Below the pieces are notes generated by a model. The model did not search any database. It saw only the letters and a program-made list of their open reading frames with translations, and was not told where the DNA came from. Of a stretch of 64,000 bases of DNA, positions 29,277 to 39,651 are shown in pieces. A program made the translations under genes and the position numbers. The stretch is from an uncultured Verrucomicrobiae bacterium (GTDB lineage: Bacteria; Verrucomicrobiota; Verrucomicrobiia; Chthoniobacterales; JAATET01): contig CAVRCI010000011.1 of the NCBI GenBank assembly GCA_963719495.1, positions 64,001 through 128,000 on the forward strand. Reading direction: 5' to 3'. Each line of letters begins with the position of its first letter. The stretch's first letter is position 1.

Positions 29277-30905
29277 TTATCGGGCTTTCGTGGTCGCCCA
29301 GCTGGCGAGGGTGGTGGTTGCTAGCAGGAGGAGCCAGAGGGGGGTTAGGTAGTCTTGTTCGGTGTTTTTTTCGGTTAGGGTGGCGGTGGTGGTTTTTAGG
29401 GTGTTGGTGGCTGTTGCCTTCGTGAAATCGGCTTCTCTTGGATCGGCGAAGTGGGTGGCTCCGGCCAGGACTGGGTTTGGGTTTTGGATTTCGAAGAACC
29501 TGGGGCGGGAGGGGGCTCGGGATTGTTTGTCGAGGGGCTGGTTGAGTTCGAAGTTTTGGCGGGTGAAGGTTTGCTTCTCGTCGCGGATGGAGTTGGCGAA
29601 GCGGGTAAGGAGCAAGATTAAGGCGGGGAGGCGGTCGGCGTTGGATTGGCGGAGGTCGAAGTTGAGGACGAGGGTGCGGTCGGGGCCGGTGCCGCGGAGG
29701 AAGATCAGGGGGCGGTCGCCTTGCCAGAGGAGGGGTTGGTCGTTTTCCTTGGGCGGGACCGTGAAGGTGTCTCGGACGAGGAGGCCTTGCCAGTTGAGGT
29801 CGGAGACGAGGGGGTCGGCGGCGGCGATTACGGTGCCTTGGACGTAGTTTTTTGCTTTCGACGGGTCGGTGAGGAAGGTGATGGCGCTGGGGGGGATTTC
29901 GGTGGGGGCGAGGGGTTCGTATTCGGTGAGACGGAGGTCGGGGTCGGTGGGGGTGAGGCGGGCGTTGGCGAGGGTGGCGGTGACGCGGGTGAAGAAGTCG
30001 GTGAGTTTGGCGTCGGTGGGGTAGGTGAGGGTGAGTTCCTTTGGCAGGGGGCGGACGATGGGGAGGGTGTCGTCGATGGTGAAGGGGTCGGCGGGGAGGG
30101 TGAGGGTGAGGCGGTCGACGTTGGGGGGGAATTCGGCGGTGAGGGCTCGGGTCTGGCCGGGTTCGAGGCGGAGGGGGGTGGGTTCGCGGTCGTCGATTTG
30201 CCAGGTGGTGTCGACGGGGGTTTGGCCGTGATTTTGGACGAGGGCGGTCCAGGTTTTTTCGTCGGTTCGGAGGCCGATCCAGCCGACGTTTGGGATCGGG
30301 CTGCCGATGCCGAGGCGCTGGACTCCGTCGGGGATGGGGGTGGGTTGGTCCGAGACGAAGAGGATGGTGCCCTGGTCGCGGGCGAGGGTGCGGGCGAGGC
30401 GGAGGGCGGGGGTGATGTCGTGGGTGCCGAGGTTGGGTTGCCAATTGGTGAGGCTGGCGCGCAGGTCGTCGAGGGACGGGCCGGCGTAGAGGCGGGGGGC
30501 GGCGGGATCGGATTCAATGGCAATCCAGTCGGTGCGGGTGGCGGTGCGGGCGAGGGGCGTGAGGGCGTTGGCGAGGGTGGCGTCGAGCTCGGGGAGGAAG
30601 GCGTCCATCGAGACGGAGCTGTCGAGGACGACGACGAGGGTCTGGCGGGAGTCGGGGCGGAGCCAGTGGGGTTGGACGAGGAGCCAGGTGACGAGGAGGA
30701 CGGCGAGGAGCTGGAGCCAGAGGGTAGCGGAATTACGGAGACGCTCGAAGCGGCGTCCGGTGGTGCTGACGGGGGCAAGGTGATCGAGGAGGAAGCGGGT
30801 GGTGACGGTGACGAGACGGGAGCGGCGCTGGAGGAAGTGGATCGCGAGGATCGCGGGAATGCCGAGGAGTGCCCAGAGGCCGGGGAGGTTGGCTAGAGTG
30901 GGCAT
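29277..30905 (-). CDS. BatA N-terminal / vWA domain protein
   Basis: LLGIPAILAIHFL (BatA-like N-terminus), VVVLDSSVSM MIDAS, FVSD. Confidence 0.85.
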   Translation of the reverse strand: MPTLANLPGLWALLGIPAILAIHFLQRRSRLVTVTTRFLLDHLAPVSTTGRRFERLRNSATLWLQLLAVLLVTWLLVQPHWLRPDSRQTLVVVLDSSVSMDAFLPELDATLANALTPLARTATRTDWIAIESDPAAPRLYAGPSLDDLRASLTNWQPNLGTHDITPALRLARTLARDQGTILFVSDQPTPIPDGVQRLGIGSPIPNVGWIGLRTDEKTWTALVQNHGQTPVDTTWQIDDREPTPLRLEPGQTRALTAEFPPNVDRLTLTLPADPFTIDDTLPIVRPLPKELTLTYPTDAKLTDFFTRVTATLANARLTPTDPDLRLTEYEPLAPTEIPPSAITFLTDPSKAKNYVQGTVIAAADPLVSDLNWQGLLVRDTFTVPPKENDQPLLWQGDRPLIFLRGTGPDRTLVLNFDLRQSNADRLPALILLLTRFANSIRDEKQTFTRQNFELNQPLDKQSRAPSRPRFFEIQNPNPVLAGATHFADPREADFTKATATNTLKTTTATLTEKNTEQDYLTPLWLLLLATTTLASWATTKAR

Positions 30906-31013
30906 TTTGAGCTGGTGATTGGTGAGGGGTGAATGGTGATCGGTGGGTGAGGTGAGGGAGTGAGCGCTGCGCGCTTTTGGTTGGTTCGGCGATTGCAAAT
31001 CGCCGCTGCTTGA

Positions 31014-31889
31014 TTATGCGGGTTCTAGGTGGGGGGCTAGTGACTCCATCAGTGGTTGGTTTGCTTTGATTTGGGCTAGGTGGATGGCGTGGCGGTGGGC
31101 TTGGTCTCGCCAAAGATCGAAGTGGCGCGCGTAGGCTTCTCGGTAGCGGTGGAGGAGGTCGGGGGTGACGTTTTGGCTGCGGGTGTCGGTGGTTTCGCAG
31201 TCGCGGAGATCGACGTTGCCGGTCCAGTCGGGGTCGCTTTCGGCGGGGGTGAAGGGGGCGAGGAGGATGCCGCGTCCGCGGCCGGCGGCGAGGGCTCGGA
31301 GGCTCGGTTCGGGGCTGCCGGGGAAGAGGAGGTCGCTGAGGAGGACTCGCAGAGAGCTTTCTCGGAAGGGGATGGCGGCGAGGTTGAGGGCGGCGGTGGA
31401 GCCGATGCCGGGGGGTGGGTGGTAGCCGAGGATGGATTCGAGGGGCCAGGGGGTGCCGCCGTTGGCGGTGGTGGTGCAACGGATGGCGGAGCTGGAGCGG
31501 AGGGCGCTTTCGACGCAGAAGTAGAGGAGTTCGATGGTGCGGGAGGCCTTTTTTTCGTCGGCGAACATGGAGGCGCTAACGTCGAGGATGAAGTCGACTC
31601 TGGGGCTGACTTCTTCGCGGTAGAGCTTCATCGAGTAGTGGCCGGTGCGCGCGTAGGCCTGCCAGTCGATGTAGCGGGGGTCATCGCCGGGGAGGTATTG
31701 GCGGTGATCCTGGAAGTCGATGGAACTGCCGATGCCGGCTCCGGCGAAGCTGCCGGTGGCACCGCGCCAGGTGCGTCCGCGGAAGGGGAGGGACCAGGCT
31801 TCGGCGGCGGTGCGGGCGTTGGCGTGGAGCGTGCGGAGATTCTGGGCGTCGGGCCAGTTGGGGGCCGCGGTGGGCTGGGATGGCGTCAT
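31014..31889 (-). CDS. DUF58 domain protein
   Basis: GSSIDFQDHRQYLPGDDPRYIDWQAYAR, ILDVSASM, LLSD. Confidence 0.9.
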   Translation of the reverse strand: MTPSQPTAAPNWPDAQNLRTLHANARTAAEAWSLPFRGRTWRGATGSFAGAGIGSSIDFQDHRQYLPGDDPRYIDWQAYARTGHYSMKLYREEVSPRVDFILDVSASMFADEKKASRTIELLYFCVESALRSSSAIRCTTTANGGTPWPLESILGYHPPPGIGSTAALNLAAIPFRESSLRVLLSDLLFPGSPEPSLRALAAGRGRGILLAPFTPAESDPDWTGNVDLRDCETTDTRSQNVTPDLLHRYREAYARHFDLWRDQAHRHAIHLAQIKANQPLMESLAPHLEPA

Positions 31890-31903
31890 CGCGGCGGGCG
31901 GTT

Positions 31904-33358
31904 TCAAACGGGCTCGACGGCGCGGCGCTCGAGGGCGGCGATGTCGCGCCAGGGTTGGCGGGAGCGGGCGAGGAGGGTAACGAGGCTGGCGGCGAGGATG
32001 ACGACGTAGACGGTGAAGAGGAGGGTGGGGTCGATGGCGTCGATTTGCTGGAACATCGCGACGAGGAGGCCAGAGGTTGGGATGAGAGCAATGTAAGCTC
32101 CGGTGGTGCTGTCGAAGATGTTGTCGAGGATCGAGGTGACGATGGCGGCGACGATGCAGAAGGTCTGGATGCCGATGAAGATGAGGAGCGCGGAGCGGTT
32201 GCGGGGGACGAAGGCGCGGATGAGGGCCGCGGGGAAGAAGAGGGCTCCGCAGCCGGCGAGGAACAGGTTGAAGCGTTCGGTGGTATCGAGGGCGTCGTTG
32301 AGGCTGAGGAGGATTCCGCAAATGATGAGGTAGACGACTGCGAAGAGGATGCCGGCGGGCCAGCCGGGGTAGAGGAAGCGTCCGGCGATGCGGCCGACCG
32401 CGCCACGACGGGCGAAGGGGCGGAAGAGGCCGGCGTTGAGGTGGACGGGTTCGCAGACGGCTCCGATGAGGCTGAAGAGACCGATGACGAAGGCGGCAAG
32501 CGTGATGGGAAGACTGGCGGCGACGTCGAGGAAGGTGAAGAGGGAGGCGATGAGGAGGAATAAGAAGCCAATGAGGCGTTTGCCGAAAGCGTGGTTCTCG
32601 GCCTCGGGGGCGATTTTCGACGCGCCGACTTCGAGCATGAGGACAAGGCCGAGGAGGCCGAAGGAGATGAAAGCGAAAGGCACGGACCAACCGGCGGCTG
32701 ACGTTCCGGAGAGGACGCTGCCGGATCCCATACCGACCATGAACAAAACCGGGATGGCGGCTTGCGCGAGGAAGATGACTCCGAACCAGAAGAGGACGCG
32801 GGTGAGGCGGTTCTGATAGGGCGAGATGCCGACGGTGAGGGCGGTCAGGACGGCGGAAGCGAAGAGCATCGAGCCGAGGATGATGAGGTCGTCGACGAGG
32901 TTGACGCCGCCGATGAAGTAGCGGAGGACGGCGTAGGGGAGGACGGCGAAAACGAAGAGGGTGGTTTGCGCGACGATGGCGAGCCATTTGCCGATGATGA
33001 TCCGGCGGGCGGAGAGGCGGGTGAGGAGAATGAGGTCGAGGGTGTTGGCTTTGATCTCGGTGCCGACCGAGCCGAAGCCGCGGAAGGGCATGATGAAGAC
33101 GACGGGGAGGCCGATGAGGAACCAGAAGAAGCTGGAGCCGCCGGTGGCGTCGATGTCCTGAGAGGCGGCGGTGAGGCTGATCGCGACGCCGAGGGTCATG
33201 AGAACCTGGAGGGTGATGAAGAGGGAAACGAAGACTTTGGTGCGGAGGCCTTGGCGGAGCTCCTTGACGATGATGGGGCTGAGGCGGTCGGAGAAATCCG
33301 ACGGTGGTAGCGGCAGGGCTGCGCCCGCGGGTAGGGGTGGTGGGACGGCGGCGGTCAT
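31904..33358 (-). CDS. ABC transporter permease (ABC-2-like)
   Basis: PIIVKELRQGLR, E...TLDLILLT.L....IIIGK motif, many TM helices. Confidence 0.8.
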   Translation of the reverse strand: MTAAVPPPLPAGAALPLPPSDFSDRLSPIIVKELRQGLRTKVFVSLFITLQVLMTLGVAISLTAASQDIDATGGSSFFWFLIGLPVVFIMPFRGFGSVGTEIKANTLDLILLTRLSARRIIIGKWLAIVAQTTLFVFAVLPYAVLRYFIGGVNLVDDLIILGSMLFASAVLTALTVGISPYQNRLTRVLFWFGVIFLAQAAIPVLFMVGMGSGSVLSGTSAAGWSVPFAFISFGLLGLVLMLEVGASKIAPEAENHAFGKRLIGFLFLLIASLFTFLDVAASLPITLAAFVIGLFSLIGAVCEPVHLNAGLFRPFARRGAVGRIAGRFLYPGWPAGILFAVVYLIICGILLSLNDALDTTERFNLFLAGCGALFFPAALIRAFVPRNRSALLIFIGIQTFCIVAAIVTSILDNIFDSTTGAYIALIPTSGLLVAMFQQIDAIDPTLLFTVYVVILAASLVTLLARSRQPWRDIAALERRAVEPV

Positions 33359-34308
33359 GGCTGAATTTTTCCGAGGAGGTCGACGAAGGCGTCTTCGAGG
33401 CGGCGGTTCTCGCGGTGGAAGTCGGTGACGGCAATGCCGTTGGTGATCATTTTGCGGAGTTGGGTGGCGATGTCTTCGGGTTCGCTGCGTTCGAAGGCGA
33501 CGCGGGCGCCTTCGCGGCGCATTTCGACGAGGGAGACGTGGGGGTTGAGGGTGACCCAGCGGGCGATGGCTTCGGGGTCGCCGTGGACGCGGATGTCGAC
33601 GAGGGCGACGGCGGCGGTGTCCTGGAGGAGGCTGTCGGCGGACCCGTGGTGAACGATGCGACCGGCGTCGATGAAGAGGAGGGTGTCGCACATTTCGCCG
33701 AGTTCGGAGAGGATGTGGGAGCTGATGAAGATGGTCTTTTTCTGGGCGGCGAGGAGGCGGACGAGGTTCTTGAATTCGACCCGGGCCTTGGGGTCGAGGC
33801 CGGCGGCGGGTTCGTCGAGGATGAGGACGTCGGGGTCGTGGAGAAGGGTGCGGCCGAGGCAGAGGCGCTGGCCCATGCCCTTGCTGAGCTTGTTCATCAT
33901 GCGGTCGGCGATGGGGTGGAGGTCGGCGAAGGACATGACGTCGGCGACGCGGGCGGCGCGGTCGTCGCCGGAGTAGCCGTAGGATCGGGCGAAGAAGTCG
34001 AGGTATTCGAAGACGGTGGTGTGGTCGTAGGTGCCGTAGGCGTCGGGCATCCAGCCGATGCGGCGGCGGGCGGCGCCGGGGTCGCTGACGACGTCGTGGC
34101 CGCAGACGGTGATGGTGCCGTCGGTGGGGAGGTCGAGGGTGGCCATCATGCGCATGGTGGTGGTCTTGCCGGCTCCGTTGGCTCCGATGAAGCCGACGAC
34201 CTGCCCGGGGAGAATGTCGAAGCTGACGCCGCGGACGGCTTCGACGTTGGCGAAGGTGCGGCGGAGGTCTCGGACGGAGACGACGGGGTTGGTTGCGGGT
34301 GTGGTCAC
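33355..34308 (-). CDS. ABC transporter ATP-binding protein
   Basis: Walker A GANGAGKTT, signature LSKGMGQR, Walker B LILDEP, H-loop SSH. Confidence 0.95.
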   Translation of the reverse strand: MTTPATNPVVSVRDLRRTFANVEAVRGVSFDILPGQVVGFIGANGAGKTTTMRMMATLDLPTDGTITVCGHDVVSDPGAARRRIGWMPDAYGTYDHTTVFEYLDFFARSYGYSGDDRAARVADVMSFADLHPIADRMMNKLSKGMGQRLCLGRTLLHDPDVLILDEPAAGLDPKARVEFKNLVRLLAAQKKTIFISSHILSELGEMCDTLLFIDAGRIVHHGSADSLLQDTAAVALVDIRVHGDPEAIARWVTLNPHVSLVEMRREGARVAFERSEPEDIATQLRKMITNGIAVTDFHRENRRLEDAFVDLLGKIQP

Positions 34309-34339
34309 GGTGATGGAATGCAAATGCTTTTGAACAGAG

Positions 34340-34513
34340 CACCGGAGCCTGGGAAGGCTCGGGGCAGACTGCATTGGCTCTGCAATGCAGCCCGAAGGGC
34401 GAGACGAGCGGGAGCGAGCGAGTCAACACCGGAGCCTGGGAAGGCTCGGGGCAGACTGCATTGGCTCTGCAATGCAGCCCGAAGGGCGAGACGAGCGGGA
34501 GCGAGCGAGTCAA
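34340..34513. repeat. Two perfect tandem copies of an 87-bp structured repeat (family F)
   Basis: Unit CACCGGAGCCTGGGAAGGCTCGGGGCAGACTGCATTGGCTCTGCAATGCAGCCCGAAGGGCGAGACGAGCGGGAGCGAGCGAGTCAA. Confidence 0.95.
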
Positions 34514-34777
34514 CGGTTGGGGGCTCGGGTTTGTCGAAAGCGGGGCTGGGGGAGTTCGCTTTGAGACGTGGCTGGAAAGGCGGCAGGCTTGGGAGTGATG
34601 GAGCTAATTCAATTGCGACGCGGTTTGAGGCTTCGCCGTTTGGTTGGTTCGGCGATTGCAAATCGCCGCTCCTTGAGGGGGCGGTTCTCCCGCTGGGGCG
34701 GGATTTGCCGGGTGCGTCGGCGGGACGCCGTCGCTCGCACGCCGGGAGGCGTGCGTTCCCCATTCTCTCTCGATCGG

Positions 34778-36475
34778 TCATTGGACTTGTCCCATGAGGA
34801 GGGATTGGTGGTTGGTCCAGCGGATGGTGGGGAGGGTCTCCAGGTATGGACCGGCTTGGGCGGTGGCTTGGAAGGCGCCTTTGAGTTCTTTTGGTTGGTT
34901 CCAAGGTTTCGAGATCAGGGGGCCGGTGTCTTTGGATTGGCGGCGCATGGTCGCGACGTCTGGTTCGCTGGCGCGGGTGAGGGTGATGCGTTCGCCGGTT
35001 CTCAGGGGGCCGCCTTGCCAGATGGAGCCGTTGGGGGCGGTGTAGAGAATGTCGTCCAAGGCGTAGGGGACGCTGGAGAGGAGGGTGGGTGTGCCGTCGC
35101 TCGCGGTTTCGACGAGTTCGATGCGGGCCCGGGTGGGGACGATGGCTTCGAGGTATTGGCCTTGGACGGAGCGGCTGTTGAACCACTGGCCGGCGAAGGC
35201 TTTGCCGGATTGTTCGAAATTGCGGGCGCTTTGGCGGATGGGGTCGGTGCTGATCGTGATGGGAGCGACGAAGGCGGATTCGGTGAGGGTGAAGTTGCGG
35301 TCGATGAGGAGACCGGTGCGGGAGATTTGCTCCTGGCGGATGAGCATTTGGTTGGTGCCGGGGAGGAGGACGGCGAGGACGTTGCGCTGACCGCTGCCGC
35401 CGGAGCCGTCCTGGAACCAAATGATGGCTCCGAGGAGGATGCTGGCGACGATGGAGATGAGGGGGGTGGTCCAGAAGAGGCGCTGGCGGCGGCCGGGGCG
35501 GGCGAAGTAGAACAGGTTGACCGGGCCGACCGTGATGGCGAAGAGGAGGACGAAAATGACGAGCAGGGCGACGGGGAAACGGAGGCGGCCGACGAGCTCG
35601 TTGAGTTTCCAATTCGTCACGTAGCCGGTGGAGAGGAAGCGGTCGGGGGAATCGGATCGGGTGGCGATGGTGGCGAGGGTTTCTTCGGTGGGGAGCTCCG
35701 TGCCGTTCCAGCGGTGGAGGGTGATGGTGCCGAGGGCGGGGTCGGTGAACTCTTCGACGGTGCGGGTGGAGGATTCGGCGAGGACCCATTCGAGGTGTCC
35801 GCCCTGGTGGATCCAGTCGTCGAGGGCGGCGCGTTGGGCGGGGGCGAGGCGGTCGAGTTCGTTGTCGGTGATCCAGAGGCTGGTGAGGCCGGAGAGGCCG
35901 CGCCAGTCGGTGGGGAGATTGTCGGGATCGAATTGGGTGCCGAATAGGGATTTGCCATCCTTCTGCGCTTGGTCGCGGAGGGGGCCCCATGATCGGAGGG
36001 CGAGATCGGCGCTGAAAGCCGTGAAAGTCGTCTGGCTGGAATTGTTGGCTGAGCTCGAAGGGAATGAAACGGAGCCACCATCGCGGACGCCGGGGCCCAA
36101 AACGATGAGCTGGGTCTGGCGGTAGACGCTCACTGACGACCCGCTTGGAATCAGTGGAACGAGAAGATCGACGGTGCGGCTTTGGTTGGCTTCTACTTTG
36201 AGTTCGGTGGCCGTGGAGGTTACCGTTTGCTCGATACCGTAGCCGAGGGTGCTGGAGGCGGTGACGTTGTAGGAAAACGTCTTGGAAGTCTGGTTAGTGA
36301 TAGCGACTTTGACTGGGAGGTAGCCGCCGGGGGGGATTTCTTCGAAGAATGATTCGACGCGCACCTGAATTCCGTCGTCGGTTGCAAGTTTGAAATTGCT
36401 TGCTGCTATGACGGACCGCTGGGCGTCGAAGACGAAGATTAAGACTGAGAGAAAGAGGGGGGTGGCGCGCCTCAT
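34778..36475 (-). CDS. Hypothetical membrane protein of the MoxR cluster
   Basis: Signal peptide, LDDWIHQGGHL GATase-like segment, VGPVNLFY two-TM motif; ATGA-coupled to moxR. Confidence 0.7.
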   Translation of the reverse strand: MRRATPLFLSVLIFVFDAQRSVIAASNFKLATDDGIQVRVESFFEEIPPGGYLPVKVAITNQTSKTFSYNVTASSTLGYGIEQTVTSTATELKVEANQSRTVDLLVPLIPSGSSVSVYRQTQLIVLGPGVRDGGSVSFPSSSANNSSQTTFTAFSADLALRSWGPLRDQAQKDGKSLFGTQFDPDNLPTDWRGLSGLTSLWITDNELDRLAPAQRAALDDWIHQGGHLEWVLAESSTRTVEEFTDPALGTITLHRWNGTELPTEETLATIATRSDSPDRFLSTGYVTNWKLNELVGRLRFPVALLVIFVLLFAITVGPVNLFYFARPGRRQRLFWTTPLISIVASILLGAIIWFQDGSGGSGQRNVLAVLLPGTNQMLIRQEQISRTGLLIDRNFTLTESAFVAPITISTDPIRQSARNFEQSGKAFAGQWFNSRSVQGQYLEAIVPTRARIELVETASDGTPTLLSSVPYALDDILYTAPNGSIWQGGPLRTGERITLTRASEPDVATMRRQSKDTGPLISKPWNQPKELKGAFQATAQAGPYLETLPTIRWTNHQSLLMGQVQ

Positions 36476-37509
36476 TGGATCTTGGCGGCTTGGAGGGTGG
36501 AGGGGGTGGCTCGGTCCTGGGCGGGGATTTCTTCGAGCAGATTGCGGATGGTGTCGGCGGGTGTGCGGCCTTCGACGCGGGCGGAGTAGTCGAGGACGAT
36601 GCGGTGCTGGAGGACGGGGATGGCGAGAGCGGCGACGTCTTCGAAGCTGGCGTTGAGGCGGCCGCCGAGGAGGGCGCGGGCGCGGGCGGCGGCAGCGAGG
36701 CCGAGGGCGGCGCGGGGGCTGGCTCCGAATTTGATGCCGGCGGCGGCGGTCGACTGGCCGGGGTGGGTGGCGTCGACGAGGCGGGCGACGAAATTTGCGA
36801 CGACGTCGGGGAGGTAGACGCGGCGGGCGAGGTCGGCGAGGTCGATGAGGGCCTGGCGGTCGAGGACGGGTTCGATGGGGGCTTCTTCGCCGATTTCGCG
36901 TTCGAGGACGATGCGTTGGAGGACTTCGACGGAGTTGCGGGTGACTTCGAGTTTGAAGAGGAAGCGGTCGAGTTGGGCTTCGGGGAGGGGGTAGGTGCCC
37001 TCGAGTTCGATGGGGTTCTGGGTCGCGAGGACGAAGAAGGGATCGGGGAGCGGGTGGGAGTCGCCCATGACGGTGACGCGGCGCTCCTGCATGGCTTCGA
37101 GGAGGGCGGACTGGGTCTTGGGCGAGGCGCGGTTGATTTCGTCGGCGAGGACGAGATTGGCGAAGAGGGGGCCGGGGGCAAAAACGAAGGCTCGGCGTCC
37201 GTCTTCTTCCTGGAGGATGGGGTTGCCGGTGATGTCGCCGGGGAGGAGGTCGGGGGTGAATTGGACGCGGCTGCCGTCGATCTGGAGGGCGCGGGCGAGG
37301 CCCTTGACGAGGGCGGTCTTGCCGAGGCCCGGGAGGCCTTCGAGGAGGAGGTGGCCGCGGGCGAGGAGGCCGGTGATGACGAGATCGACGAGGGTTTCCT
37401 GGCCGAAGAGGACTTGATTGAGGGTGGTCTGGAGGCGGGAGAGGTCGGCGCGGGCGGCGGTGACTTCGGCTTCGGTGGCGGGGGTGGATCGTCGGTCGCG
37501 GGGTGTCAT
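36472..37509 (-). CDS. moxR: MoxR family AAA+ ATPase
   Basis: EGLPGLGKT, RVQFTPDLLPGDITG, LADEINRASPKTQSALLEAMQE, ATQNPIELEGTYPLPEAQLDRF. Confidence 0.95.
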   Translation of the reverse strand: MTPRDRRSTPATEAEVTAARADLSRLQTTLNQVLFGQETLVDLVITGLLARGHLLLEGLPGLGKTALVKGLARALQIDGSRVQFTPDLLPGDITGNPILQEEDGRRAFVFAPGPLFANLVLADEINRASPKTQSALLEAMQERRVTVMGDSHPLPDPFFVLATQNPIELEGTYPLPEAQLDRFLFKLEVTRNSVEVLQRIVLEREIGEEAPIEPVLDRQALIDLADLARRVYLPDVVANFVARLVDATHPGQSTAAAGIKFGASPRAALGLAAAARARALLGGRLNASFEDVAALAIPVLQHRIVLDYSARVEGRTPADTIRNLLEEIPAQDRATPSTLQAAKIQ

Positions 37510-37593
37510 TTTGTTTGGGTTCGGGCGGTTGGCGAGTAGGCTACGGCTCGGCGGGAGCCTCGCCCTCCGGGTTTTTTGGGGAGGCCTGGCGGC

Positions 37594-38874
37594 CTATTTG
37601 AAGAAGCGTTGGAGGGTTTCGCGTTCGGCGGGGTCGAGGTTGTTGCTCCAGACGGCGTCTCCGCCGGTGCCGGTGGTGGCGAGGCTGCCGCCCGCCGTCG
37701 GGCCGGTGTCGGCGGTGGGGGTGTCGTCGTGTTCGGCGGTGCCGAGGCCGAGGACTTCGGCGGGGAGGGCGCGGGAGAGGTCGTCGTTGGAGATTTGTTG
37801 CGGGACGCCGCCGCCGAGGTCGGTGGGTTGCTGGGTGCGACCGATCGGGCCGGTGCCGGGGCCGCGGGAGAGGCCGCCGTCGCCGGGGGTGAGGAGGAGG
37901 CCGTTGACGAGGGCTTCGCCGCCTTCGCCGGGGGCGAGGCAGGCCTGGCAGACGCCGACTCCTTTTTCGAGGCGTTCCTGGAGTTTTTTCAGCTCGGCGG
38001 CGCTGAGCTGGCGGGCTTGGGAGAGATCGACGTTTTGGAGGCTTTTCAGGAGGTCGGCGTCGAGGGGGAGGTTGCCGAGTTCGAGGTTGGCGAGGGCGTC
38101 GCCGAAGCGGTCGGCGAGTTGCTGGAGATCGGCGTCGTTGAGGGCACCGGCTGGGTTGGTGGCGCTGGCGAGTTGGGAGGCGGCTTGGGAGAGGTTGCTC
38201 TCGAGGGCGCGGAGGGATTGGGCGGTCTGGTCGCGGAGGCTGTCGCCGGCTTCGAGGCTGGATTGGCTGAACCAATCCTCGGGCGGCTGGTCGCGGAGGG
38301 CGTCGAGTTTTTCTTCGAGCGATTGGACGGTTTCGGGCTCGACGACGTTGGCTTCGGCGAGGCGCTCGGCGAAGGTTTGGGTTTCGGTCCAGGCGGTGGG
38401 TTCCTGGGTTGGGGTGAAGGTCGAGCCGCTCCGGGAGACGGGGATCCACGCGGCGAGGAGGAGGACGGCGAGGCAGGCGGCGAGGGCTCCGGCGATGGGT
38501 TGCCAGCGCCAGGTGAAGCCGTCGGGGGCGGCGCGGGGTGGGGGAAAATCGCCAACGCCGCGGGCGGCGGCGGTGAGGCGGTTGTGGAGGTGGAGGGCGA
38601 CGTCGAGGCGGAGGAGGGCGTCGGTCGGCGTGAAGAAGTCGCGGCGGGCGCGGAGAAAAGCGGAGATGGCGGCGGCGAGAAAGGCGGCGGCGACGATGGG
38701 CCAGAACGCGGTGAGGGCGGTGTCGCGCTGGCGGAGGATGAGGAGCGCGGCGGCTCCGAGGGCCGACGTGACGAGCGCGGCTGGGAGGAAGGCGGACAGC
38801 CAGGCGGCGAAGTTGCGGCGCAGGGCCGTGAGGCGGGCCCGTCGCTGCCAGAACCGCTCCCCGGAGTCGTCCAT
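37594..38874 (-). CDS. Hypothetical membrane-anchored coiled-coil protein (MoxR cluster)
   Basis: Three TM segments, LD..L.LHNRLTAA motif, helical region, Gly-rich tail ending ERETLQRFFK. Confidence 0.7.
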   Translation of the reverse strand: MDDSGERFWQRRARLTALRRNFAAWLSAFLPAALVTSALGAAALLILRQRDTALTAFWPIVAAAFLAAAISAFLRARRDFFTPTDALLRLDVALHLHNRLTAAARGVGDFPPPRAAPDGFTWRWQPIAGALAACLAVLLLAAWIPVSRSGSTFTPTQEPTAWTETQTFAERLAEANVVEPETVQSLEEKLDALRDQPPEDWFSQSSLEAGDSLRDQTAQSLRALESNLSQAASQLASATNPAGALNDADLQQLADRFGDALANLELGNLPLDADLLKSLQNVDLSQARQLSAAELKKLQERLEKGVGVCQACLAPGEGGEALVNGLLLTPGDGGLSRGPGTGPIGRTQQPTDLGGGVPQQISNDDLSRALPAEVLGLGTAEHDDTPTADTGPTAGGSLATTGTGGDAVWSNNLDPAERETLQRFFK

Positions 38875-38959
38875 GGGCCGCAATGTGCGGCTTACGGACC
38901 ATCGGGGCAAGGCGGAAGACCGGGCTTGGGGGTCTTCGGCTGAGTGATGCCGGTTTCCG

Positions 38960-39637
38960 CTAGTCGGAGGAAGGCGCTTCGGGAGACGGCGTGGCTTCGG
39001 TCGGGGGGTTCGTTTCTTCGGTGGGTGAGTCGCTCGGGGTTGCTTCGGGCGAAGCGGCGGCTTCGGCGGCGGGGTTGGGTGGGGGGACTTCCTCGCCGTT
39101 TTCGTAATGAACAATCACGATTTCGTCGGTGGTGTCTTCGGCGATGCGCCACTGGCCTTCGGCTTTGCCGGCGACGTAGGTGCCTTCGGTGGAAATGTTG
39201 CCGTTCGGGAAGTAGTCCTTCCAAATCCCTTCCATGGTGCCGCTTTTGTAAACGCCCTCGGATTCGATTTTTCCGTTTTCCCAGTAGTAGATCCACGGGC
39301 CGATTTCGTTGCCGGCTTCGTATTCGCCTTCGGAGCTTTTGGTGCCGTCTTCGTAGTATTCGACCCAGTAGCCTTCCTCGAGCCCGTCTTTGAGCTGGCC
39401 GGTGGTCTCGGGTTTGCCGTCGGGGTAGGTGACGATGATGGGGCCGGTGAAGGGCTCCTGGTTCGCGGGGTCGACGAAGGCGTTTTTTTCCTCGTTGAAG
39501 GTGAGTTGGTAGAGCTCGATGGGTTTGCCGTCTTCGGTTTTGAGCGGCTCGGATGTTTGGGTGCGGGCGGTGGCGGCGAGGAGGGTGAGGGCCGCGGTGA
39601 GGGTGAGTGCGAAAAAGAGGGTCGGGTGACGCTTCAT
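38960..39637 (-). CDS. MORN-variant repeat (YwqK-like) exported protein
   Basis: Signal peptide plus repeated G.W..YYENG....EG.Y units and acidic Pro-rich tail. Confidence 0.85.
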   Translation of the reverse strand: MKRHPTLFFALTLTAALTLLAATARTQTSEPLKTEDGKPIELYQLTFNEEKNAFVDPANQEPFTGPIIVTYPDGKPETTGQLKDGLEEGYWVEYYEDGTKSSEGEYEAGNEIGPWIYYWENGKIESEGVYKSGTMEGIWKDYFPNGNISTEGTYVAGKAEGQWRIAEDTTDEIVIVHYENGEEVPPPNPAAEAAASPEATPSDSPTEETNPPTEATPSPEAPSSD

Positions 39638-39651
39638 GGGTGGGAGTTTAG

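Noticed and set aside
34340..34513. Possible CRISPR array
   Set aside because: Two abutting 87-bp units with no unique spacers, and no cas genes in the window.
38960..39637. Toxin-antitoxin system based on the YwqK-like label
   Set aside because: No adjacent toxin; a signal peptide plus MORN-variant repeats is a common stand-alone architecture.
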